A DNA stretch of 54,215 nt from a virus (lineage: Duplodnaviria; Caudoviricetes). Made by a program: the position numbers and the translations under genes. Shown here in pieces: positions 1 to 10,115 of this stretch (positions are counted from its first letter, which is position 1; each line of letters begins with the position of its first letter). The notes under the pieces were generated by a model that ran no database searches, was not told the DNA's origin, and was given only the letters and a program-made list of their open reading frames with translations. The stretch spans positions 1-54,215 of the IMG/VR virus record IMGVR_UViG_3300010151_000016. One strand, written 5' to 3'.

Positions 1-3000
1 GGGCGTGACATCGGTGATGGGCCATTCTCACTCGATCATCTCGGCAGCGGTGAAGGGTGGAAAGGCGTGATGCCTCTTGGTCCTGCGATCTATTTCGCCA
101 CGAACAAAAACATCGCGATGAGGTATTGCAAATACAGCGACGAATCTTATTTGTACGAGGTGTCTATCCCTACTTCCGGTCTGTACAACTCAACTTGGGG
201 AACACCGATTGACCTCAAAGATCGCCTTCGAGAAGCGGTAGTCGACGCAGAAGATCTAACAGGTAAAAAGATAAAGCACTCAATGGGCGGTACTAAAGAC
301 TTGTTTAGTCTCTTGGGCAACGACGCACATGAATTCCTACGTGATGCTGGATGCACTGGCTCATGGACTAATCTTGCTGCGGGTGGCGAAGAGATTGGCG
401 TATACGATCCATCTATTATCGAAATCGTCAACAAGGAACCGATAACCTCGAAGAAAGAAGCAGCGACAATTATCCCTGAGATGGGCGACGTTATTGCAGC
501 TATCGACATGAGCAAGGATATGGTCATGAGCGCGAATGACTGGAACGAGTTCGTCGATGCGCTGTCTCCTGTCCGCTACGCGCTACAAAAGCAGAACGTC
601 CACTTCTACTTGCAACGCGAGTTTGATGCACCACACTTCCTGTTTCCGCGACAGTTTGTCGTTGGTGGTGCGGTACAGACAAGACATTCAGGTGGGTCAC
701 AAAAGCCGATAGATTATTTCATGGCGCTCACAGTCTACCTGCCGCACAAAGACAACCTAGCTTGGTCTGTAATGCGGGACGAATTGATTGCTCGAATTGG
801 ACACGAACTCATTCACGTCAAACAAAAAGAGCTATCGGGTGGAATGTCTCGGTCTCCGCATCCACACAAAAGAGATATCTATGGACCTCTCACCAGAAAA
901 GAAGACAAGAAGAAGACGAAGCAAGACCTAGATTACACGAGGAATCCACAAGAGTTCGGTGCAAAGGCGTGGAACATCGCACAAGAGTTGGCGAGTCTTA
1001 CGCCCAGTGTATTTTACCACTCTTTTAGTGAGATACCTTGGAAGCTATCCGATGAATATGAACTTCAATATGCAGAAAAGCATGGCGATGAGAAGTTCCT
1101 GAAGAAGCTCAAGCGTAAGGTGGTCGACATTCTTCAGGACATGGAGAACAAGAAGACCGAGCAGACTCAGCGCGAATGGGCAGAGCAAGACGCACTCGGC
1201 AAGACAGCGGGCAAAGAAACGCTACCTGTGAATACGATTCTCTATCACGGAACAGTCGAAGAATTAGTTGGTGAGGGGATCAGACAGAGCGTCGACGGTC
1301 TCGCTTGGTTCGCTGAGAGTCCTTCTGTCTCTAAAAGTTACATTCCGACTGCGGGTATGCGCATGCGCGTGAGCCTTAGTAAAAGTGACTACCCGATACG
1401 CCCTGACAGAGATAACAAGGAACTCATAGAGCAGTTTTTCCCTGAAATCGTTTGGGAGATAGAATACTACGAAAACAATCCGCACAGTGTTCGGTCCTGG
1501 GGCGCGAAAGATTCCGAAGGTAATTATGTAGAGCCACCTACGTCTCCACAACTCATCGAAAAACTAGAAGCGTTGGGCTATGAAGACGACCCTGATAACT
1601 CTGGGATTCGTTGGAGCCCTAAATACGGTCTTCTTCTCGGAAACGGATGGGAGGTCATGCCTGCGGACTGGCAGGAACAAGGGCAGCTTATCTCGATTCG
1701 CGTTCGTCAACCGATCAGCTTGTACGACATGACTGAAGATGAAGGCGACTTGATGAACCCGCAGCACTTAGAGATCGACAAGTTCAATAAACTTCAAGAA
1801 GCTGGATATGACGGGGTACGGATCAACGATTTCTTGCAGCACAAGGAATGGGGCAACGTCGGTCATGAGTCCGTTGGGCTCTTCGCTTCAGGTCTAGCGA
1901 AGATTGATTATCACGACATAGAACCCGCTACACATCCGAGCAGCGAAGAACTCATGGGTCGCAAGGCCACAGCGTCGGCAACGTTAGAAGCGATGTACAA
2001 TGAGATTTACGAGCGAGCTAAAGCTGCCGGTGCTAGCGACATCGGTGGAGGTAAATTGCTTATCAGTGGGCTCCTCATCAGACCACCCAAGGAAGCACTC
2101 GAAGAATATTTGAACCGGGGAAGCGAGGGAGAAGTCCGCGCATATTTCATAGAAGAACTCGAACCAGCAATCATGGAGTTCGAGTTAGGGGCAGATGAAA
2201 GGCTCAAGCAAAACGAGCACGATCTGATGGAGACGCGCTTAGAGGGGCAGGCTCATGAAGTCGAGCGAGTTGAGGATTTACCTGAAGCGGGTCCGGTGTG
2301 GGCTTGGCACGGTACGTCAACGGCATTACTAGCTCGGATAAAGTCTGAAGGTCTTGATCCTCGCTTCTCCGGTTCTACTTGGCAGGGCCAACAAGAAGGG
2401 GTGTACCTGAGTCTGACGGGTGATGTCTCAGTTTACACCAGACGTGCAGTCGCGCAGCACGGTGGCGAGCCTGTCATCCTCCGTGTCCTTGTTGACTCTG
2501 CGGACCTCATTCCCGATCCAGATGATTCGGATATCTCGTCGGGTCAGTGGCAAGTTCTTCACATGGGTTCCATTCCACCGGGTTCCATTTGGCAGATCGA
2601 TGACCGTTGGGTGAAGACCGCAGCAGGGGAAATCGTGGAGCGCAAACTCGACGAACTTGCAGGAAGCGACATCGGTAAGCGTCGTCAACTAGAAGATGCA
2701 GCGATGGAACTCTATTCAGAAGGACTAGAGGATATGGAAGTCGCAGACGCGCTAGGTCGCCGCAGGGAACGGACACGCTTGGAGCAGACACCCAACTTCC
2801 CTGGCGCTGAGTTCATTGAAGAGTTTGGCGACTACTTGGTTTACCGAATCGATACCTACGAAGCCGCGAAAAGGTTGGGCACTAGGAACTGGTGCATCGT
2901 AAGAGATGAAAAGATCTGGGATCATTATCAAGAGCACGACCTCACATTTTGGTATCACATCGACAAAGAAGAAGGACCACCAGCGAAGTACGTTGTGGGA

Positions 3001-5736
3001 GAAATGCAAAAGGACGGCATGTCCGGTTTTGAGGTGTACAGCGATCAAGATGAAATGCAAATTGAATCCGTAGAAGACGTGAGTGAATCGCACGAAGAAC
3101 GTGGCAGCACTGACATGGGTGTCGCATTTTACGAAATGCTCTTGGCCGCAATTGATGGCGACCCTCTCGCGCAAAAGAGACTGCTCATGCGACCAGGGCC
3201 AGAACATGAAGGCATGGCGGCGACCACAGATTACGTCGTCAGGAAATTACTCAAGGAGAAACGTCTGCCTCCTGAATATCTGGTAGAACTCGCTGACGGC
3301 TTCGCTGAGAACATGGATGAGTTGTCTTATTCTTATGGGCATCATACAGACACGAAAACGATCACAGATTGGTTCGAAAGTGCGGGCCAGGACTTTCCAA
3401 ATGAGCTAGAAGAAGCTCTGCACCGGTTCGCTTCGATAAAGGTCGCCGCGCCGATTGATACAATGAAGACTAAGTATCCAAACCACCTTGATGAGTTGGA
3501 TAAACTGATCGAGTCAGATCCAACCGGTCGTAGACGCTATATCGATTGGCAGATGCGGCAAGTTGTTCGGGATGTGCGGCTCGAAGAATTGATACCCCTG
3601 ACGTGGCACTATCACAGGCTGTCGAAGCACATCGGCGGTAACATTGATGCCTTTCCAGACGTGGATAGCTTGTCTAAGGCTGTAGACGCTCAGATGAAGA
3701 AGGCTGTTCCACGGACGACAACTGAAGACACGGTAGAAGACAGCAAGTTACCGGAACCAGCTTACGTGACGCATCCACCAAGAGGGACAACGTATCGAGG
3801 ACTGAGCGGTGACTATGACGTATTCGACATTAGTTCACATTCGGGAAGCGTTGCACTCGGTACAAATAAGTGGTGCATCGTTCGCGGTCAGAAGACGTGG
3901 GATGACTACGCTAAGAGAGACATCAAATTTCGCTATCTCGTAAACCGCGAGAAGGGTCTACCGGCTGAGTACGCACTTGCGATACATTTGGACGGTAAGC
4001 TCACAGAAGTCTACGGTCCAAATGACGAAATCATTGTACGTCCGCCCGAAGCCGCCAAGGAACATGGCGAAGGGGAAATGGCCGCAGACGAACTCGACAG
4101 TAAGGTTCGCAGGGCGCTCGATCCAGATTTAGTTATCATGGACCCCGCGTCTTCGTCAGGAGAAGTTCCTTTGGAAAAAGGCATTGGTTCTCATCTCACG
4201 ACTGACTCTAGGTGGATTTACGCATTGGCGAAGGCGTATGACGCGGATACTTTCATCTCCATCGCAGATAGAGCGCACGAACACGCGAAAGACGGAGACC
4301 CCGGATATAGCAGCGAGCCGGGTTTCTATAAAGCGTATGCAGAAACCATCTTGAAGGGGAACCAACGACTGAAGCGCAAATTCGATTCATGGACACGTAT
4401 GCGATACGGAGTTCCCATGCAAAAAATGTACAGGCTCTCGAAGTTGGGCCTCACGCCTGAATGGGTAGAGGATTACAAAGCCAAAGGTATCACGAGTCTT
4501 CGCGCTATGAGCAAGCTCGTGAAGCAACGTGTAACACCTTTCGAGGTGCGTGACGCGCTAGACGTTTGGATTGAAGAAGGACTCGGTACACGGGATGCAC
4601 TGAAACTTAGGGATGTCAATCGTCGGTCGGGCCAATCCAGTTTCACCGTTGAAACATACAGAGAATACGTAGACCTTGGCATCACAGACATCGATCAGAT
4701 AGTCGCGCTCGCCTCACCTTTTGGTCGTAATAGATTGATGATTACACCCGAGCATGTCCGAGGATTCAAGGCAAATGGTGTCGATAGCGTAGAACGCATG
4801 CTAGAGGTTCGAAAAGAGCTAGCTCGTGGGTCCATTGGCGCACATGCGTGGTATCAAGATGACGTGGAACGCCTATTACGCGCAGTTGAAGAATTAGAAG
4901 ACCAGAAAAGACGAAAAGAATTAGAGGCCGAACATCAACGCTTGATGCCGAAGTTGAACGAGGCTTGGGAAAAGTTGCCTGAAGGTGAAGAAAAGGAACG
5001 AATTGCCGACTTAGATGCTTCGTTCTTCAATCGTTATAGTTATTTCATTCACGGATCACAAGGCGAAGGCTCGAAAGAAGCTGCGGAGTTTGTTGCGTGG
5101 GCACGTACAATCGTTCCCGGTGCGTTTCCGAGCTTCATGACTAAGGAAGCTGCGGGTCAGTCCTATAACCTATTACGTGGGCTCACAGAGGCTTCTGCGG
5201 ACTACGATTCTCCTCCATCTGACCAACCCGAAGAAGGCGCAGAGGGACCATGGGAAGAATCGCTCCCCGTGGAGCCTATCAAGAAGCGCAAGGACGACCA
5301 CTACATAGATCGGGAAGTAGACCCCGCAATAAGACAAAAATTTACCTACGAGAACATCGGATATGGAAAGGGTCCAGAGGGGATAGGTGAGGGTGACATG
5401 ACTGGCTATTCTCCTGCGTCCGAGACGGTCGAGCCGGGTGAGGGTGCCATCGTTCGCAGCGGTGAAGTCGTAGACAGCATCAAGTTAATCCTTGGGCTTG
5501 TTCCAGAAGACGTAGAGTGGAAGAAAAGCCCGTTACGAACAAGTTTGGAGTTTCTACAGCTAGAGCCAGAAGACATCGGCGACTGGGTAGAAAACAAAGA
5601 TCTGCGCGACACTGTCGTCAAAGAGATGGAAGAAGATGAAGGTTTAGAGATGCTTGGCTTAGGGCTCATCGAGTTTGGGGTCGCAGACAACATAAAGATA
5701 GACGACGGGTCGCTGGTTTTATGGCGACATGTATAA
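1..5736 (+). CDS. Giant polyvalent multidomain protein, 5'-truncated by the window: three ADP-ribosyltransferase-like domains, a zincin metallopeptidase domain, two related WCI (PcfJ-like) domains, helical repeats and an acidic C-terminus
   Basis: Frame 1 is open from base 1 (GRDIGDGPFSLDHLGSGEGWKGV-MPLGPAIYFA, ART-PolyVal-like FxxxxxGxGEG...GxxxYF), so the true start lies upstream. Other motifs: HELIH (802-816) with YTRNPQEFGA; LYHGT...WFAES...GYDGV; AWHGTS...IKSEGL...GVYLS...GSIPP; LGTRNWCIV and LGTNKWCIV. Confidence 0.8.
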   Translation, partial: GRDIGDGPFSLDHLGSGEGWKGVMPLGPAIYFATNKNIAMRYCKYSDESYLYEVSIPTSGLYNSTWGTPIDLKDRLREAVVDAEDLTGKKIKHSMGGTKDLFSLLGNDAHEFLRDAGCTGSWTNLAAGGEEIGVYDPSIIEIVNKEPITSKKEAATIIPEMGDVIAAIDMSKDMVMSANDWNEFVDALSPVRYALQKQNVHFYLQREFDAPHFLFPRQFVVGGAVQTRHSGGSQKPIDYFMALTVYLPHKDNLAWSVMRDELIARIGHELIHVKQKELSGGMSRSPHPHKRDIYGPLTRKEDKKKTKQDLDYTRNPQEFGAKAWNIAQELASLTPSVFYHSFSEIPWKLSDEYELQYAEKHGDEKFLKKLKRKVVDILQDMENKKTEQTQREWAEQDALGKTAGKETLPVNTILYHGTVEELVGEGIRQSVDGLAWFAESPSVSKSYIPTAGMRMRVSLSKSDYPIRPDRDNKELIEQFFPEIVWEIEYYENNPHSVRSWGAKDSEGNYVEPPTSPQLIEKLEALGYEDDPDNSGIRWSPKYGLLLGNGWEVMPADWQEQGQLISIRVRQPISLYDMTEDEGDLMNPQHLEIDKFNKLQEAGYDGVRINDFLQHKEWGNVGHESVGLFASGLAKIDYHDIEPATHPSSEELMGRKATASATLEAMYNEIYERAKAAGASDIGGGKLLISGLLIRPPKEALEEYLNRGSEGEVRAYFIEELEPAIMEFELGADERLKQNEHDLMETRLEGQAHEVERVEDLPEAGPVWAWHGTSTALLARIKSEGLDPRFSGSTWQGQQEGVYLSLTGDVSVYTRRAVAQHGGEPVILRVLVDSADLIPDPDDSDISSGQWQVLHMGSIPPGSIWQIDDRWVKTAAGEIVERKLDELAGSDIGKRRQLEDAAMELYSEGLEDMEVADALGRRRERTRLEQTPNFPGAEFIEEFGDYLVYRIDTYEAAKRLGTRNWCIVRDEKIWDHYQEHDLTFWYHIDKEEGPPAKYVVGEMQKDGMSGFEVYSDQDEMQIESVEDVSESHEERGSTDMGVAFYEMLLAAIDGDPLAQKRLLMRPGPEHEGMAATTDYVVRKLLKEKRLPPEYLVELADGFAENMDELSYSYGHHTDTKTITDWFESAGQDFPNELEEALHRFASIKVAAPIDTMKTKYPNHLDELDKLIESDPTGRRRYIDWQMRQVVRDVRLEELIPLTWHYHRLSKHIGGNIDAFPDVDSLSKAVDAQMKKAVPRTTTEDTVEDSKLPEPAYVTHPPRGTTYRGLSGDYDVFDISSHSGSVALGTNKWCIVRGQKTWDDYAKRDIKFRYLVNREKGLPAEYALAIHLDGKLTEVYGPNDEIIVRPPEAAKEHGEGEMAADELDSKVRRALDPDLVIMDPASSSGEVPLEKGIGSHLTTDSRWIYALAKAYDADTFISIADRAHEHAKDGDPGYSSEPGFYKAYAETILKGNQRLKRKFDSWTRMRYGVPMQKMYRLSKLGLTPEWVEDYKAKGITSLRAMSKLVKQRVTPFEVRDALDVWIEEGLGTRDALKLRDVNRRSGQSSFTVETYREYVDLGITDIDQIVALASPFGRNRLMITPEHVRGFKANGVDSVERMLEVRKELARGSIGAHAWYQDDVERLLRAVEELEDQKRRKELEAEHQRLMPKLNEAWEKLPEGEEKERIADLDASFFNRYSYFIHGSQGEGSKEAAEFVAWARTIVPGAFPSFMTKEAAGQSYNLLRGLTEASADYDSPPSDQPEEGAEGPWEESLPVEPIKKRKDDHYIDREVDPAIRQKFTYENIGYGKGPEGIGEGDMTGYSPASETVEPGEGAIVRSGEVVDSIKLILGLVPEDVEWKKSPLRTSLEFLQLEPEDIGDWVENKDLRDTVVKEMEEDEGLEMLGLGLIEFGVADNIKIDDGSLVLWRHV
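5729..5736 (+). promoter_or_regulatory. ATGTATAR motif copy (candidate late promoter)
   Basis: ATGTATAA followed by GAC-GAGG-AATCAC-ATG (5750). Confidence 0.55.
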
Positions 5737-5749
5737 GACGAGGAATCAC

Positions 5750-7333
5750 ATGGTTACTGAAGCACAAAAGAAACGACGAGATCACAGACGCTTAAAGACG
5801 TATTCAAAGATCGGGCAAGCCCTGAAATGGAATATCGGACAGGGTGACGTCGACACTGGCGGGATGTTGGTCGGCGACGGACACCCCGGTATTGCCGGAA
5901 TTATGGCTGTGCGTGACGCGCTTGGCGGTTTCGATCTAGGTGGAGAGCTTGAAGCTCGATATGCGGGCATGACCCGTACATCAGAGCACGGGGCGCACGG
6001 CTTCGGTGACGAGGGTGAGGGTGATGGGATTGTACGTATCACCGCATCGATTCGTACTCCATCAGGTGTCAAAGTCCATTTCGACGTGCCGTTAGTCATC
6101 ACAGCAGGTCGGATCTTGCCCCCTAGCGTCCTCGTCCATGAGGGCACACCTCACATTCTCGCACAATCGACCTTTGATGCATTAGTCATGCCAGGAACGT
6201 TTCATCAACCGATTCCGAGACGGTCTACAATGTATTCGCCTGACGAGGCGGAAGGTGCGCAAGAGTCTGTCGTTCGACCCAAGACGCATTTGTACACCGT
6301 CGCTCGACTGGGCGGAAAGACCGCTGATGCCGAAGAATATATCGATCCTGCGGAACGCGAGTGCGAGTCGTTTTGTGTCGGTAGCGAAAAGAAACTCATT
6401 GAGGATTGTCGAGTAAGTGATCGAGGAGGTCGAACATATGACCTCTCAAAAGGATTCAAAGTCAAGATTCTCAAGGATATGTCAGGCGATGGATCGCAGT
6501 ACGAAGTCAAAGACGAAGACGGTGACATTTTTGTCATACCTGGCAAGTCCCTTACGAAGCAGGGCTCCCGAGAGGTAGCTCCCAAGCGCCCTTTTGACCG
6601 GACGGCAGCCGATCCTGAAGAAGGTGGTCCTATGGTAGTAGGAGGCACGCCGCCTTCAGTGGAAGAACTACAGCAACAGTCTGAAGCCATAGGCGGCCTC
6701 CAAGAATCCATACAACAGTTTGAGGAAGGTAGAGAACCAAGTCCCGATGAGGCTCCTCCTATGCAGCCCGAAACCGCAGACATGTCAGGGGTAATTGGAC
6801 AGGATGTCAGCCCAGATTTGAAGACCGTGAGCGGGGCCTTTGCAACTGCCAAGCTGCCTCTCCCATTGAAATTTACGTTTGCAGAAGTAGGTCAAGCGGT
6901 TGAAACAAGAGAAGGTGGACAGCACGCAGAGGTTGGAGATGCAATCATGACGGGCACAGAGGGCGAACGGTGGCCTATTCCTCGACAAACCTTTGAGGAA
7001 ACCTATGATGTATTAGAGCCCGGAGTAGCAGCGAAAAAAGATATTCCCGTACATGCTAAGCAGATGGACGAGCCCTTTTCAGTGAAACCACCTTGGTCCG
7101 ACACGGCGCTGCAAGGAGAAGCAGGAGATTATCTGGTTCAGTACGGTCCAGGTGATTACGGCACTGTTGGGCGGGAGATATTTGGGAAAACATACAAACA
7201 AGGATCTCGTGAGGAAGTGTTCGGTGCGCCTGATGAAAGAGAAACTGCGCTCGAAGCTGAGCGTCATCTGCTAACACGGGATGATACTGTACGTGCGCCT
7301 CCAGATCGGCAGGACACGTCAGTTAATGAGTAG
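5750..7333 (+). CDS. Putative head-associated multidomain protein with a C-terminal PGDYG-family domain
   Basis: The C-terminal part reads GDAIMTGTEGERWPI...TFEETY...GDYLVQYGPGDYGTV...IFGKTY. Start moved from 5729 to ATG 5750, which has a GAGG SD. Acidic linkers contain KTAD, KQGS and RTAA motifs. Confidence 0.7.
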   Translation: MVTEAQKKRRDHRRLKTYSKIGQALKWNIGQGDVDTGGMLVGDGHPGIAGIMAVRDALGGFDLGGELEARYAGMTRTSEHGAHGFGDEGEGDGIVRITASIRTPSGVKVHFDVPLVITAGRILPPSVLVHEGTPHILAQSTFDALVMPGTFHQPIPRRSTMYSPDEAEGAQESVVRPKTHLYTVARLGGKTADAEEYIDPAERECESFCVGSEKKLIEDCRVSDRGGRTYDLSKGFKVKILKDMSGDGSQYEVKDEDGDIFVIPGKSLTKQGSREVAPKRPFDRTAADPEEGGPMVVGGTPPSVEELQQQSEAIGGLQESIQQFEEGREPSPDEAPPMQPETADMSGVIGQDVSPDLKTVSGAFATAKLPLPLKFTFAEVGQAVETREGGQHAEVGDAIMTGTEGERWPIPRQTFEETYDVLEPGVAAKKDIPVHAKQMDEPFSVKPPWSDTALQGEAGDYLVQYGPGDYGTVGREIFGKTYKQGSREEVFGAPDERETALEAERHLLTRDDTVRAPPDRQDTSVNE

Positions 7334-9317
7334 TTATTTCAACACTCTGAAGACTGCGGTTGGTGGTGCGATTAACATTGATGGATCGGCTAACAAGGTA
7401 GTCGATAAAGAACTCGCAGACATAAGAGTCAGTGCGCCCAACGCAATCGAATGGATTGTTGGGCGGGACTGGTGCAACGTACCTTCGACATACAAAATGT
7501 GGAGACAGTACGAATGTATCCGCGATGTCTTTCAGCTTCGATGCCCCATCTGCAATTCGGGCGACGGCTCATGTTGGGGCAAAACACAAACAGAACTAGA
7601 GGATGAACTCCTTCTCGTTTGGTCTGAAGACTTTCAAGAAGACGTCTGCCCGAAGTGTAATACTACTCGGTCACAACTCACCGAAGACGAAATCGTAAAA
7701 TCGTATAATATGCTCCATGCTGTCGTCGGGATGCGCAGCGGCAAGAGTGTCATGGCAGGGCTCATAGGAACCTACGTCGAACACAAGTGCTTGTCCTTAG
7801 CTTGGAACCATCCAGAGGGATTGCAGGGCTATCTCGACATGCCTGCTGCGGAGCAACTAGAGATAACGTTTCTCGCTTCTACAGATACACAGAGCTTCGA
7901 TACCATCTGGGCGAAATACCGAAACTATCGCGCAGCTTCGCCTTGGTTCAGAAAAGCAATCCCTTGGATTAAGGGCCAAGAAACGTCGCAGGCAACTCCA
8001 CCGGGTATGAAGCCTTGGCGTTATGATGAAGGTGACAAGCGAATACGCAACGAAATGCCAGGTGTCCGTCTGACCACAAATTCATTGAATTCAAACTCGG
8101 GCGGAATCGTAGGTCGTACACGTATCGGCTCATTTGCAGATGAGATCTCTCGCATGAAACAGACAGAGTCCGCACAGTCTGCATCTGAAATCTATCGAGG
8201 TCTCGAAAACTCTTTACGTACTGTGCGCTCATGCGCTCGGCGTGGCAACCTACTCCCGTGGCTGGGACTTATGGTGAGCGTGTCGAGCCCGATTAGCGAC
8301 GAAGACAAGGGCATGGAACTTTTGCGAATCGGTCAGTCTGGTCGTGTGAAAGGTATGATGGCTATCCATTCCGCGACCTGGAATTTCAACCCACTGGAGC
8401 CACGGGAGCATTTCGATGACGAATTTGCGAAAGATCCGGTGGGTGCTGAGCGTGATTTTGGCGCACACCCTCCGAAAGCTGCGCATCCTTTGATCCATGA
8501 CGAAGAAAGGTTTATCACATCGTCTATTGATCATGAGGCAGAACAATCCGCTACGCTGTCTACGATTACATTCGACGACGATCTCGGACAAAGTTATGTG
8601 GCCCCACAACTGGATTCATGTAGCCTCGTGCTCGATCATGCGCCTCGCTATGTTGCGTGTGATGCAGGTAAGAATTTCGATGCGTTCGCGATTGCGTGTG
8701 CCCATGGAGAGCAGCGCGGAAGTACATGGGTAACAGTGTTTGATTTTGTGTATCGCATTGTTCCGCCGAAAGGCACTGAAGTCCACTTCGATAGCTTCTA
8801 TGATGTCTTGGGTAAGCTACGCGATAAGATGCCTATCGTACAGGTAGAGTTCGACCGCTGGAATTCAATTCACTTAATCCAAAAGCTACGGCAACTCGGT
8901 GTTCGATCTGAACAAGTGTCTACGAAAACAAAAGACTTCCTGAATTTCGCGCAAGACGCTATGATTGGACGTGTTGCATTACTGCCACCAACTGAAGCCG
9001 ACGAGTCTGCCGAACCACCCTTGATGTCAGGCGCGGGTGTTGCGTTGTACGAATTGCAACGTCTCGAACGCGATCCTGTTTCCGACAAAGTATTCAATCC
9101 GCGAAAGGGGGAACGTCGCGGCTATAACTCAGACGACACCGCACAAGTCATCGTCCACTGCCACAAAATGATCCAGGGCCTAGGATACACCAAGAAAGCT
9201 GAAGACCGAACGAAATCTGCGCGAAGGGCTCGCGCCGAGGCCGGAAGTCTTCAGTGGGAAGGACAGCTTCACCGCGTACAGCAGCGTGGGGGAACAAGCA
9301 TGGGACGAGGTTGGTGA
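7326..9317 (+). CDS. terL: Terminase large subunit
   Basis: Walker A VVGMRSGKS, Walker B SFADEISR, and RNase H-like nuclease motifs YVACDAGKNFD, EFDRWNS and SDDTAQ. Lies upstream of the portal. ATG 7326 overlaps the end of the upstream gene. Confidence 0.9.
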   Translation: MSSYFNTLKTAVGGAINIDGSANKVVDKELADIRVSAPNAIEWIVGRDWCNVPSTYKMWRQYECIRDVFQLRCPICNSGDGSCWGKTQTELEDELLLVWSEDFQEDVCPKCNTTRSQLTEDEIVKSYNMLHAVVGMRSGKSVMAGLIGTYVEHKCLSLAWNHPEGLQGYLDMPAAEQLEITFLASTDTQSFDTIWAKYRNYRAASPWFRKAIPWIKGQETSQATPPGMKPWRYDEGDKRIRNEMPGVRLTTNSLNSNSGGIVGRTRIGSFADEISRMKQTESAQSASEIYRGLENSLRTVRSCARRGNLLPWLGLMVSVSSPISDEDKGMELLRIGQSGRVKGMMAIHSATWNFNPLEPREHFDDEFAKDPVGAERDFGAHPPKAAHPLIHDEERFITSSIDHEAEQSATLSTITFDDDLGQSYVAPQLDSCSLVLDHAPRYVACDAGKNFDAFAIACAHGEQRGSTWVTVFDFVYRIVPPKGTEVHFDSFYDVLGKLRDKMPIVQVEFDRWNSIHLIQKLRQLGVRSEQVSTKTKDFLNFAQDAMIGRVALLPPTEADESAEPPLMSGAGVALYELQRLERDPVSDKVFNPRKGERRGYNSDDTAQVIVHCHKMIQGLGYTKKAEDRTKSARRARAEAGSLQWEGQLHRVQQRGGTSMGRGW

Positions 9318-9760
9318 AAAGAGATACAGACCTTGATCACAGTATAGCGACTTCTGTTATGGGCTTGGCGGTCTGTGAGGGCTGGCAACTTGTCAATGGC
9401 GTTGTCTTACGTCAGTGCGATCATGCCTATGGCACTTGTTTTCCTATAGAAGCGCCTCCTGCATTTTCAGCGGATTTTGAACTTGCGTGGACTGTATGGA
9501 TGCGTGTATTGACGCTTTCACCTCCTGCCCAGTGGTATTGGACATTCGAGGCAACAGACACTATCGCTATCGTATGGCGACCTACAAACGATAGACCGCA
9601 GCAAGTCCTTGGGCCTCTCGCCTGGACAATCTGCACTGCTGCTTTATCTGCGTCGAACTATTGGTGGCGAGACGAAGAAGACGGTATCTTATGCCCCGCA
9701 TGTAAAATCCGCGTCCGCGTAGGCTGGAATGGATTTCATCAGCGCCAGTGTGGGTGTTGA
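9314..9760 (+). CDS. Phage ABA-sandwich (BC1872-like) domain protein
   Basis: Pattern DLDHSIATSVMG...PPAFSADFELAWTV...PLAWTICTAAL. GTG start overlaps the terminase stop (GTGA). Confidence 0.55.
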   Translation: MKRDTDLDHSIATSVMGLAVCEGWQLVNGVVLRQCDHAYGTCFPIEAPPAFSADFELAWTVWMRVLTLSPPAQWYWTFEATDTIAIVWRPTNDRPQQVLGPLAWTICTAALSASNYWWRDEEDGILCPACKIRVRVGWNGFHQRQCGC

Positions 9761-9791
9761 CATGTCGACCTTATTTCAGTGATATGGACCT

Positions 9792-10115
9792 ATGCGATTA
9801 ATAGCGGTAACAGATGGTGATTCATCGATGGACATCGTCGAACTCACTGGCGAGAAACGTCGCGTTTGTACAAGGAGTCTCGAATTCCTCCGTGACGCGG
9901 TGGTCCTTTACTGGGAAAGGCTACCTACGGTCATGGTCAATGCCGACAGGCAAACATGGCGAGCGACATGCGATCTTCGGACCTATGCTTCAGATCAAGA
10001 ATACAATCCCGAGGAAGACGTTGATGTGAATCACATGGTCCGTGTGCATCATCGAGCCAGCATAAGTAAGACAGGATATCCGTTCAGCCCCAGCAGTTTT
10101 AGTCATCATGCGTAA
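9792..10115 (+). CDS. Hypothetical protein
   Basis: Fills the gap between neighbours and overlaps the Dam start. A TTGACA begins 35 nt upstream (9757). Confidence 0.55.
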   Translation: MRLIAVTDGDSSMDIVELTGEKRRVCTRSLEFLRDAVVLYWERLPTVMVNADRQTWRATCDLRTYASDQEYNPEEDVDVNHMVRVHHRASISKTGYPFSPSSFSHHA

